Position numbers and translations under genes: made by a program. The notes under the pieces were generated by a model that was given only the letters and a program-made list of their open reading frames with translations, did no database searches and was not told the origin of the DNA. Below, piece after piece: positions 11,780-23,700 of a stretch of DNA of 64,000 bases. Source of the DNA: Macrostomum lignano. Lineage: Eukaryota. The stretch lies in assembly GCA_002269645.1 (NCBI GenBank), contig NIVC01000095.1, forward strand, positions 570,323 through 634,322. The letters run 5' to 3'. Position 1 is the first letter of the stretch; the number at the start of each line of letters is the position of its first letter.

Positions 11780-14700
11780 TCAGCAATGGTTTTTATCGAC
11801 TTCAAACACGGCATTAATCATCCGACCGCCGCAGATTTGATTGGAATCGCCGGCGCAGGGCAATCGACAATCGGAACGCTCGGCCTCGCCATTGTTGCCG
11901 TAGTTGTCGCCACAGCGGCACTGGTTGCCCTCCCGCAAGGCGAACACCGACGTGCCACGTTTCGAACAGAGACAGTTGCACTTCTGACGGTTCATGTCAT
12001 TGCTCGTCGACGCAAGTGAAGCGAAATCGGGCCAATGATTGCTCTCAAAAAAGCAGCCGACAAAGTCTGGAAATTACGCACACAAAAAAGCCATTGCATT
12101 GATTTTAAAAAGAAGCAACTATCTTGTGCTGCGCGATATATCATCTATCTTCTTGTTTTAAAATTTATTAACCACTACACCAAAACTTTCACTGCAAAAG
12201 CAATCGTTAAAAGATTATCAGCGTAGTATTACTGAATAAGAATACACCCACGATTAATTGAATTAATCAATAATCGATTGAAAAAAAATTACATTCAAGT
12301 TAAAACATAAAAGCACTTACGTCCAGCTTTAATGGTACTCTTCTTCTTTTCCCCAAAGACTTGAACTTCGCATAGAGTCAAGGGTGAGCGCTTGCGATTG
12401 TTGATGCGAATCTGCTGGCCGACCTTATTGCACTGGAACGTCTTCACAGAGAAGAAGCCGCTCGACTTGAACGAGGCGCACTCTTGACCGTCGACTGTGA
12501 TTGAAAAGTCGTTGAGTCTCTCTGAGCAGCAGTCGAGTCGGTTGTAGATTCGAATCTTCCTGACGAGTGATCGCTCCTTGAGAGTCGCTTGCCACCAGCC
12601 CAGCTCAGATTTTGTGTGGGTGCAGCTATTTAAATGCCAGTTAGGATTGGTGTTACCATCGAATGCTCTTTGACAAACACCCTTGACTGCTGTAGAACTT
12701 TGAGAGCACGACACGAGAGGAAGACGGTCTAAAAATAAAAGGAAATAGTTGTTACTCAAGCACCGTATTACGCATCGAAATGGATAAAAATACATATTGA
12801 CAAATAGTCTTACTCTTTGGAGTTCGCAGTTTGACTTCCTTTCCATACACCTGCACTTCGCAGAGAGTCAGTGGTGACGTTTTACGGTTCTTCACGGTCA
12901 CAACTTGACCGATCCTGTTGCATTTGAAAGCGCGAATTGAGAAGAAACTGTTGGACTTGTACGACGCGCATTCATGCCCGTCGACCATGATTACGAAGTT
13001 GTTCAGTCGTTCTGAGCAACAGTCCATTCGGTTGAAGATTCGAACCGTCCGAATGTGAGACAGCGACTTGGTTCTCGCCTGCCACCAGCCCTTCTCGTTT
13101 TTGGTGTGAGTGCAGGACTTGTGGCCATAGAGTTGGTGATCGTTGTTGTCGATGGCTCGACTGCAGACGCCTCCAGCAGCGGTTGAAGACTGTTGGCATT
13201 GCAACATTGGGAGCCTCGCTGAAATCAGAGAAATGTGTTTAACTATTTAGTTCTATGCGATTCCCGTAAAATGTTTCTATTGACTAAAGCCTTCTCGTAC
13301 CGCCATAAGGATTTCCTGAAAGGTAATTTCCGAAGATCTGCACTTCGCAAACAGTCAGCGGAGTGTTGATTCGGTTCTTGATTACCAGCATCTGTTCTGG
13401 AGGTTTATATTTTGTTATACGAGCTCGTATTTTTGGGGGTTTTGCTAATTTAATCGTACATGTATTTTTTCTTTATTTAATGTACATGAGCCAACCCCCC
13501 TCTCTCTCTGCTAACCTCACCCCCATGTTAAATATTAATTAAAAAGGGCGTGATTTTGGTAAGCGTGCTTTTTGCTAAGTGGTTGTTTGTTTTGTTTGCC
13601 TGCGCGAGAACGCAGAGGTATTGAAAGGCTACAAACATCCGATTTTCGCCTACTTAATTATTTTTCGGTTTTTTGAAGAGTTAGTCGATTTAACAACTGG
13701 TAGCAGAGCGTGGTTGGAAAATGCAAAAGGACGGAGAAGAATTCGAGTCGAACTACCCGCCGGCTGACGAGGAAGAACGCAAGCTGATGGACGCGAAGGC
13801 CGCCAAGACGAGGGCCAAGGCCGCATTCACCAAAGGAAGAAACCGGCTGGTGCAACAACTCGCTGCTGGTGGTCAAGACGGTGCCGAAGTACAACAGCAA
13901 GCGACTCTCATGGAGAAGCTGTTCGAGGCTGTGACAACTGAGCTGGAGAAGCTGCTGGAGCTCGCCGGAAACGACCTGCCACTGCGTCGCCAAACGATCA
14001 AGGAGCTAGAGAATGCTGAAAAGGACTACGGTGAGACTGTGGGTCTGATGACCGAGTTCTGGAAAGATCGTAGCAGAAGTGAAGCAGCTGAGAGGGAGGA
14101 ACAGGATCGCTTGGCGGAGTCTGAAGAACAGCAGAGGCGTGAGGAAGAGCAGCGAAAAGTGCAAGCCGCAGAGCACAGAGCGCTGGAGTTGGAAGAGGTG
14201 CAGAGAGAGCTAGAGAGAGACTATCAACAACGGCACGAGCAGTTGGCAGACGAACTGAGGCGACTGAAAATTGTTACTGGCAGCACTAAGGCAGAGAGCC
14301 CGTGTGAAAGGGCTAGCCCAGGTTCAGGTTTGGCTGAACAGTCGATTGGGGCTGAGGTGGGTGTAAGCGCTGCGCCAGACAGGAGTGAAAAAGCTGATTG
14401 GACTGCCCACGAAGGGGGGTCAGGCGAGCGATCGATAAAACTAAACCCTGCACCCAGGCCAGCCACCTCACAGTCAGCCAGTGTACAGTGGCAACTCAGA
14501 GAGCCAATCGTTCAGCAGGAGTGTACACAGAGGGTGAGAGAAGAAGCGGAGAGGCAGGTCAGTTTGGACATGTGGCGGCAATTGCAGCGGGTGGCGATTC
14601 CCAGTTTCTCAGGTGATAAGCGTCAATACGAAGGGTGGAAGGCGGCCTTTTACGCGTGTGTAGATGCTGCACCCTCCTCTCGAGTGTACAAGCTATTGCA

Positions 14701-17700
14701 ACTGAGGCAGTGTCTGCAGGGCGATGCGCTAAAGCTAATAGCCAACCTAGGTCATTCTGAATTTGCGTACAAGGCGGCTCTGGATAGGTTGGAGAGAGAA
14801 TATGGAGGAGAGAGGCGCCGGCTGGTGCTAGTGTTGGAGGACCTGGACCGTTTTCGGCCCATTGTGACGGAGAGTGCGCCTCAGTTGAAGAAGCTGGCTG
14901 ATCTGGTGGATGTAGCGGTTATCAATCTGATGGAGGCGGGTCGTGAAGCTGAACTAGACAGCAATGGATTGCTTCATCTTCGCGTGCAAAAGAAATTGCC
15001 GACTGACACCCTGGCACGGTATCACCGATGGGTCGGGGAGAATGGCAGAAATGACACGCTCAGCGCTCTTCATCAATGGCTGCTGCGGGAGGCTGAGTAT
15101 CAGACGGTTGCTATGGAGGCAGTGCATGGAGTTGCGGCACAGAATGGGCCAGGAGCAGGGAAGATGGAGCAAAGTAAGAAATTCAGCGGGATGCAGCGCA
15201 CGGAAACAGCTCGAACGCATTTTGGCGCTGTCGCGGAGTCAACGAGAGCCGATGAGCAGCGCAAGAAAAACTGCCGTGTCTGTGAAGGAAGCCATGGCGC
15301 CTGGGAGTGCCCGAAGTTTGCGGAGATGGATGTAGTGAAGCGATGGGCCGTTGCTCGTGAGAAGAAGCTGTGCTTTCATTGTCTCGGCGTCAATCACTCT
15401 GGTTTAGCTTGTCGGCGGTCTAGAACCTGTGGCGTAGATGGTTGCCAGGGAAAACACCATCGAATGCTTCACCAGAAGCGGGAGCCGAAACCAGCAGCTG
15501 CAGTGACGAGAGGCGGCGAAGGAGAGGCACGAAAACCCGCGGAGGACATATCAGCGGCGACGAAGAAGGAGTGCACTATGCTGGCCGAAGTCGTAAAGGA
15601 AACTGCGTTGAGGACGGTGCCGGTGATATTGGTGGCTGGTGAGCGCCAAGTTCGGATCAACGCGTTGCTTGATGATGCAAGTACGCGCACGTACCTCAAT
15701 GCGGACGTAGCAGCAGAGCTGGGACTCGAAGGTAAACTTCAGCGCATAAACGTTAAGGTGCTCAACGGAGGAGTCGAGTCGTTTGAAACAGCGCCTGTAG
15801 AGGTGACAGTCCGGAGTGTCGATGCAGCGTTTGAGACAAAAATTGTTGCTTTCACAGCGGAGAAAGTAACCGGCGGAATGAAGGCAGTTGATTGGAGTCA
15901 ACTGGCGGAGCACTGGGCGCATCTGAGAGGCATTCCGTTTGAGTCAACATCAAGCCGGAAGACGGTTGACATGCTTATCGGTGTCGACAATGCCGAGATG
16001 CATCTGGCTTGCAAAGAAGTCTGTGGAATGCCAGGGGAACCAATAGCTCGACTGACTCCTATTGGATGGACCTGCATCGGGCAGTTAGGTTCGGATGAGG
16101 GAAGCAGCAAGAGCGGGGAATCGTTCCTCTGCCACGAGTGTCAAGATCAGGTCGACAGTCAGGTTCGAAGGTTGTGGGCGATCGAGGAAGTTCCTGATGT
16201 AGCTGAGCTGAACCGCGAAAGAGGTTGTAGCCTAGGGGTAAGAGCGTCAGAAACCATTCTGAAGTCGACCTACATGGACGACAGTTTGGACTCGGTGAAC
16301 AGCGTCCATGAAGCTATCCAGTTGCGCCGCGAACTGACAGCTCTGTGGGAAAAAGCCGGCATGCGTGCGAGAAAATGGATGTCGAACGCGTCTGAGGTGT
16401 TGGAGACAGTAGCTCCGGAGGATCGAGCGGTGAAAGCGCAGCACGTGCTTCGTGGAGAAATGGCGACGTCGAAGGCGTTGGGAGTGACTTGGACAGCCAA
16501 TGATGATATGCTCGCGATCACGGGAAATGCAGGTGCGAAGGAAGTGTCCGTTGAGTCGAAACGACAGCTGCTCAAGCGCGTTGCGATGGTGTTCGACCCA
16601 TGCGGGTTTCTGAGTCCATTTACAATTCGCGGGCGAATTCTTCTGCAGGAGATTTGGCAGAATGGAGCGGATTGGGATGAGCCCTTGGACCAGCAAGTTG
16701 CCGCGAAGGCTACGCAATGGGCAGCGGAGATTGAAGAGTTGAGCATGCTGAAAATTCCACGATGTCTATGGCCTGATCCTACCAAAAAGGCAGTGCTACA
16801 CGTCTTTGTGGATGCATCTCAGGTGGCTTACGGCGCGGTAATCTATCTCAGGAGCGCCACAAGCCTGGACAAAATCTGTGCTCGTCTTGTAGCCGCAAAA
16901 GCACGTGTAGCTCCATTGGCAGCATGCAGCATCCCCAGACTCGAGCTCATGGCGGCGGTGCTTGGCGTGCGACTCGCCCAGACGGTGGCAGATGCGCTCG
17001 ATTTAGACCTGAGAGAGTCTGTGTTCTGGAGTGACAGTGCAAATGTGCTCTGGTGGCTTCGAGGTCGCAGTAGAATTTTCAAGCCGTTCGTAGCAAATCG
17101 TGTTGCGTTCATTCAGGAGGCGGTGAAGACTTGTCAGTGGCGTCACGTGCCGACCGATCTGAACCCCGCTGATGCCGTATCGCGAGGCTGTAGCGCCAAG
17201 GACCTTTGCCAATCAGCGGTCTGGAGCGCGGGACCAGAGTTTCTGCTGCTAGATGAGGATGGCTGGCCGGCAAGGCTAGTTCCGACATCGGTTGACGGAG
17301 ATCAAGAAGTTCGGCGAGAGGCGAGCAAGAGTAGTAAATCGGCGGCCGTAACTCTGTTGTCGAACGACACCACAGACAACGATTGGCGTTTGAATCCAGA
17401 GCGATTTTCGAGCTACCGCAGGCTGCGTAGCGTGACAGCATGGGTTCAGCGCTTCATCAGTAATTGCCGACTTCCGCGAGATGAGAGACGACTTGGTGAC
17501 CTGGAAGTCGAGGAGCTGCAAGAAGCTGAGGATCGAATCCTACGCGTGGCTCAGGAAGAAGCTTTCAAAGCAGAAGTTCAGCAGGTGCGTAGGGGAAGGC
17601 TAGTCTCCTCCAGCAGTCAGCTCCGCTGTCTCCAACCATTTCTTGATGAGGACGGACTGCTGCGAGTGGACGGAAGACTGAAGTTCGACCAGAATCTGTC

Positions 17701-20700
17701 ATATCAGTCCAAGCATCCGGTCATTCTGCCGAGGCGAAGTTGGGTCACGAAGTTGTTGGTGAAGCACTATCACGAAGATCAAGGACATGGCGGAACAAAC
17801 CAGACGCTGGCAGCGATGTCGACGAAGTTTTGGGTAGTCGGTGGGCGCGAAGCCATTCGAGAATGGGAGAAGGAGTGCGCGCGATGCAGAAGGCAAAAAG
17901 CAGGACCGGAGGTGCAGCAGATGGCGCCGCTGCCAGAGGTCAGGCTGAAGAACTCTCTCCGAGCGTTCAGCTTTGTGGCAGTCGACTTCGGTGGTCCGTT
18001 TGAAACGGTACAAGGGCGCGGAAGACGGCGAACGAAGAGGTATTTGGCCCTGTTCACCTGTTTGGAGACGAGAGCCGTGCACCTGGAAATGGCGTACAGC
18101 TTGGATTCTGACTCATTTCTGAATGCTTTCGCGCGCATGATCAACCGTAGAGGCCGGCCACTCGAAGTTTACTCCGATAACGGCGGCAACTTTGTCAAAG
18201 GCGAGCGAGAACTACGAGAATTCGAAAACGAGCAGCAGAACAAAATCCAGAGAGCGGCAGCTGAGCGCGGCATCAAGTGGCGCTTCCAGCCTCCGTCGGC
18301 GCCCCATTTCGGCGGCGCCCACGAAGTTATGGTTCGCGCCGCTAAGCGAGCTGTGCGCGCCATCCTTAGCAACGCTGACATCACCGACGAAGAGCTGCAT
18401 TCCGCCTTCACTGGTGCGGAAGCGCTCATCAATTCCAGGCCGTTGACATACCAAACCGCAAGCCCAAAGGACGACACGCCGTTGACGCCAAACCATTTCT
18501 TGCATGGACAGCTGGGTGGTGACTTTGCTACGGAAGTCTCGACCGAGGTCAGCCGCGACCCGCGCCGGCGGTGGCGACGTGTCCAAGAGCTGGTGCGGCA
18601 CTTCTGGCACCGATGGCTGCGTGAGTGGGTGCCAAGACTCAATGCCAAATCGAAGTGGGTCAAGGAGCAGCCGGATCTCGCCGTCGGCGACATCGTCTTG
18701 GCGCTACGAGCGGATGCACCTCGAGGACACTGGCCGCTCGGGCGAGTTCTCGAGGTATTTCCTGGACGAGACGGCCATGTGCGCGTGGCCAAGGTGCGGA
18801 CTGGCGGTGGGACAGTGCTGCGACCCGTGACGAAGTTGTGTCTGCTGCAGCGAGGTGAATAGTGACTGTTGACTTATTGCTAAACAAAACTTTTCAAATA
18901 TGTAGTTTTTTGACGGCTAGTTTATGGTGTTTGGAATTATTTATCTTTTTCGTGTCATTATTTGCCGTTTTTTGCTCCTAATAGCTGAAGTGGTGATGGA
19001 TTGCTTATTTTTGCGTATTTTGTGTTTTTTTATTCTGAGTAAAAAGACCTGTTGCTTGCTTGAATGCGAGTTCTTTTGGCAGTTTTTGTGCTTTGATATT
19101 TTTCATATGTTTACAGCCAACTGCAGCCAACTGATGAAGAGGGATTATTTAAGTTTTCAAGACATTTTTCATCCCGTGTTATTTCACTAATTATCGTTTG
19201 AGCATCTTTGAGTTCGTTTGTGTTCGTTTCTTAGCAGAGATTTTTTGTGTTGGCTAGCGATTGCAAAGGTTTATATTTGGCACACTATCTTTTGATCCCA
19301 ATTGACACTTCACATTGCATGCGTTCTTAATGTTAATTTCTGATTTCGCGCGATTTATTTTTTTGTTTACAGGAGTTTACTGTTTTTTCGAATTATGCTT
19401 GCAACCGTTTCAATTAATTGTACCTAAGTTTCTGGGAGGCGATTTTTTTCTGCTTTTTTTGCTGATTGGCCCCAATCAGGAAGGGGGGAATGTTCTGGAG
19501 GTTTATATTTTGTTATACGAGCTCGTATTTTTGGGGGTTTTGCTAATTTAATCGTACATGTATTTTTTCTTTATTTAATGTACATGAGCCAACCCCCCTC
19601 TCTCTCTGCTAACCTCACCCCCATGTTAAATATTAATTAAAAAGGGCGTGATTTTGGTAAGCGTGCTTTTTGCTAAGTGGTTGTTTGTTTTGTTTGCCTG
19701 CGCGAGAACGCAGAGGTATTGAAAGGCTACAAACATCCGATTTTCGCCTACTTAATTATTTTTCGGTTTTTTGAAGAGTTAGTCGATTTAACAGCATCTG
19801 ACCGACTTTGTTACACCTGAAGGTCTTCACTGAAAATGACTTTCTCGAACTGTAGGACTGCTCGCATTCTTGACCATCGAGAAAGATAGAGAAGCTGTTG
19901 AGTTTGTCTGAGCAGCAGTCGAGCCTGTTGTAGATTCGAACAAAGCGCACTCGAGCGAAGCCCTTTATGGCGGCTTGCCAAAAGCCTTTCTCGGCATTTG
20001 TGTGCGTGCACGAGCCTGCGCCATAGTTCTGGTTGGTTCTTCCATCGAAGGCTCTCTCGCACACGCCTCCAGCTGCCGTAGAGCTTTGGTAGCACGCAGC
20101 AAACTTCAGTTGGGCTGAAATACAAAATTGGCAGCATGGAAAGTTAATAGTAGCGTATTTTTTCAAGTAACGGATAAGAAGATTCGGAGAGACTCCGAGT
20201 TCCAAGCAGTCAGCGGCGTTAAGCCCCATAACAACACTTAAAAGTTTTTTTTAATCTTACAAAATAGAAGCTAGGTATTGGAAGAAAGCCCCAAGAAGCC
20301 GGCACCTACAATAACCAAAACAAATATAAAAAACAGGAAAACTTGCAACTCATAACTCTACTTCAGTCAAACTTTGCGTGTCGTCGTCCGATTGGTAGTA
20401 GATCTCTTAGTCGAAGCCGGACAGGTGGGACGCCCACCGCTGCAGTCTTGAGTTAGCGTTATCCAGCCGTAGGTGTTGCAGGGGCTTACGTTTGGATCCG
20501 ATGATGGAGAAAAGACCTTTTAGGTAGCCTTGACTGACCAGTGCACAGCAAGGCGCTCCTTTTCGATCGTTGCGTAGCTTCGCTGCTCCGGCGTCAACCG
20601 TCGAGACACACAGAACGTTGGGATGAACGCCGTCTTCGAATCTCTGTGTCAGCACCGCTCCTATGATCGTTTCCGAGCTGTCCCTCTCTAGCGTGAACGG

Positions 20701-23700
20701 CTGGTCGTGTTTGGGGCGCGCAACACCTGTGCGCTTGTTAATAGCGCCTGTACCGTCTCGAAAGCTCGTGTCTGAGGCTATCCTGAGAACTCCGAGCACC
20801 GCACGAAGCTGAGACTTGGTTTGTGGCCTGATGAGCGTGTTAATGATTCACCACCAGATCTTTGCTTGTGCTGATCTCGCCTCCGCGTAGCTTGAAACAC
20901 CAATAGTCGGTCGAGTTGCCGCCCAGGTAGCACTTCCGAAGCTGCACCATCAGTTTAGCAGCCTTCAGCTTTCATGCCCTGCAGATGCTGATCGAATGTC
21001 TCGCTGAACACGGCATGTCGTCCACGTAGGCGTTCGCCTTCTCCATGCCTTGAAGGGCTTTGTCCGTCAGAGTCTTGTAGGTGGCGCCGCTACAGTTCAG
21101 CGCCATTCGGATTTACGACAGACTGGTACAGCTTGCTATCGACCGTGAATTTCGTTGTTCGCTTCGAGTCCTTGGCAAGCGGAAGCTGCCAGTGTCCTTT
21201 GCGACAGCCAAATTTAGATATATACTTTGTTTGGTCCACTGGCTCCAGCAGATCTTCGATGTTCTTCACGGGGTTGGAGTCAAAAGCTACCAGTTCATTC
21301 AGAGCCTTGAAGTTGATTGTAAATCGGCTCGTGCCGTACTTTTTAGCCACCAGGCACACCGGCGACCAGTAGTCATTGTCAGACGGCTCAATCCCTCCGA
21401 GGACCAGCATGCGTTGGATCTCATCCCGAAGGACTTTCCTTTGCGCGTGAGATTCCCGCTGCGGTCGCATCCACATCACTTAGTCGGAAGTCCTTCGGAT
21501 TGTTGTTCTCCATTAGGTTGATCCGGCCAGGGTCTCGCTGAAGACGCTCTATCGTGAAGTCCTTTGAGATGCTCGAGTTAGCTCTATTGTTCCGCGTTTA
21601 GGGCGCTGGACATTTTCTGCCCGCCATCCTTCAGCGCCACTGGTACCTGCGCCAGGAATGCCTCCCGCGGCTTATACTTTCTGAGCAGGTTAATTTAGTT
21701 AATATCGTTGCACTGTTTCAGCACTTGGTACGGACCTCGCCATTCGGCATGCAGCTTCTTAGAAGATGACGACAGTCGAAAATAACACCTGAAGGCGACA
21801 ATTCTCGATCACGCGACCTCCAGTCGTACCAGAGCTTCTGTCGCCTCCGTTCCACACCTGAAACTTGAACTAAAAAAACTTTTGGCTGTCGAGCACTCGA
21901 TCTGTTTTCTGGCATCTGTTGCACGACGCCACGAAGTCCTTCACGTCCTTACGAGCTATTCAGCGTAGGCCACCAAAACCGTTGCATCAGACACTGACCG
22001 GTCTTTCCTACGCCTAAATGTCTCACAAACGCATTCTCGTAAGCCTGCGCCTGGGCCGCTACCCGCAGAGACTTTGGTAGTGCTAGATGCTTGTCAATTA
22101 TTCGACTGTATCCGATAAAGTCTGTCATGCTCTCCTTCACCAAGTCGACGCCTTGAATGCGTGCCAGCAGCTCCTTGTCGTCACAGAGGGACGGCTTATA
22201 ATCCAATGATATAGCAGTAAACATACGGCTCTAGTCTTGTTTTCCTGTACTCTTGCCGTTGTTTCTGCTCCTATGCTTTAGTCAATTGAGGTCTGGGTGG
22301 TGTGCACAGCGCGGCTCCGTCACCTCTCCTCTCTCATTGACCGGGAGAGGTAGGCTGGTGGTAGGGATTGGCAGCAACCCCCATCGCTTAGCTTTTGCCC
22401 AAACAAGACCACAGGGATGTATACACTCCAGACTGGAGCTGACCAATCAGTTCCAATCGTACAAAAGTGCTCACTGGTAGGGAGTTAGACACAGAGACTT
22501 CAGGTTATTCCGTCGTAGCTGTTTAGGTGTAAATCTAATTTAGGGATTGGAAGACGATGTAGGTCGCTCCAAAGCACCGCAATAGGGCATGATATGTCAT
22601 AATGGGGCTGTCCAACAGATGCTCTAGAGCAGCTAATTTCGTCTAATTTTTTTTCCAAAAATGCTCCTGTGTCCAGTAGAAACTTCAAGCTCCTGCCATT
22701 TGCCTCACTATTCACAAATCGGGTCCTCGCAGCATCCGATGCCTCTTTCTCTTCTGATGGAAACTGCAACCCTTCTGCTTTATATTGAACTGTGTCTGGT
22801 GCCCGGCGGTCTGGTGCCCCACGTGACGGAAGACCTCCGGCGGCGCAGAGGACTTGCCTGGGCGGCCTTCCGTTCGATCCGGGCCGTTCTCCAGTCCAAA
22901 GCGCTGCCCGACCGCCAGAAGGCTCGGCTGTGGCAGGCGGTGGTCGAAACGTCCTGCTCTAAAACGTCGAGACGTGGACGCTTACGGCTACGCTGGAGCG
23001 TCAATTAGACTCGGCGCACTCAGGGCTGCCCCGTGTGGCCTTTCGAGCTGACGAGAGCGTCGGTACCGAGGCCTTGTACGATCGGGCCAAGCTGCAGCGC
23101 CTGTCCATCATCCCGCGCAGGCGGCAACTTCAACTGGCGGGTCACGTGATCCAGGCCGAGGTCTACCTGCTCAGGACGTTCTGCTGCTCACCTTGCAGGG
23201 CCCGTTGAGGCGGGGTCAGGCCCAAACCCGTCGATACGTGAACTGCTTCCTACGCGACGCCGGGGCGCCCGACTGCCAACGGGGCGGACTTTGTCCGCTC
23301 TCAGGCTCTGCGGCGCGCCATCTGACGCACCCTGCTCTAACTGTGATTTTGCATGCGGCGCTGCGTAATTTGTTGTTGCTGCTTTTGCTTTAGAAACTGG
23401 AATTGCTTGTGAGGCCCTCCGCAGTTGAAGCGGTTGATCTTCGACTATACAGATTGTTGCGGTTGGTGTTTCGTCTTCGATTGGACTGGCGCTGTTGCTC
23501 CTAACGCCGTCTCTAGGTTCCAATGGTCTGTAGTCCTTGGAGTCCTGTGAGGCATTACAGAAGGCGTTTGCAATGCCTCCGCTACCTTTGGCTTCCTCTC
23601 TCGCATTCAGTCTTGCAAGCCTCTAACCAACGACTCTGTAAACTGCTGAAGCAACGGTTTCCGCTTGTAAATAGAGTGGTCACCTTGCAATCGATCGCAA

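Larger units (their letters stand above)
13393..19793 (+). mobile_element. BEL/Pao LTR retrotransposon, very recent insertion, RT internally deleted
   Basis: 303-bp LTRs at 13393-13695 and 19491-19793 (TG...CA; no difference found by eye). 5-bp TSD GCATC at 13388-13392 and 19794-19798. PBS and PPT are present, with a single gag-pol ORF. Confidence 0.97.

Noticed and set aside
18862-19477. Possible env ORF in the BEL/Pao 3' region
   Set aside because: The region is T-rich with only short low-complexity ORFs.
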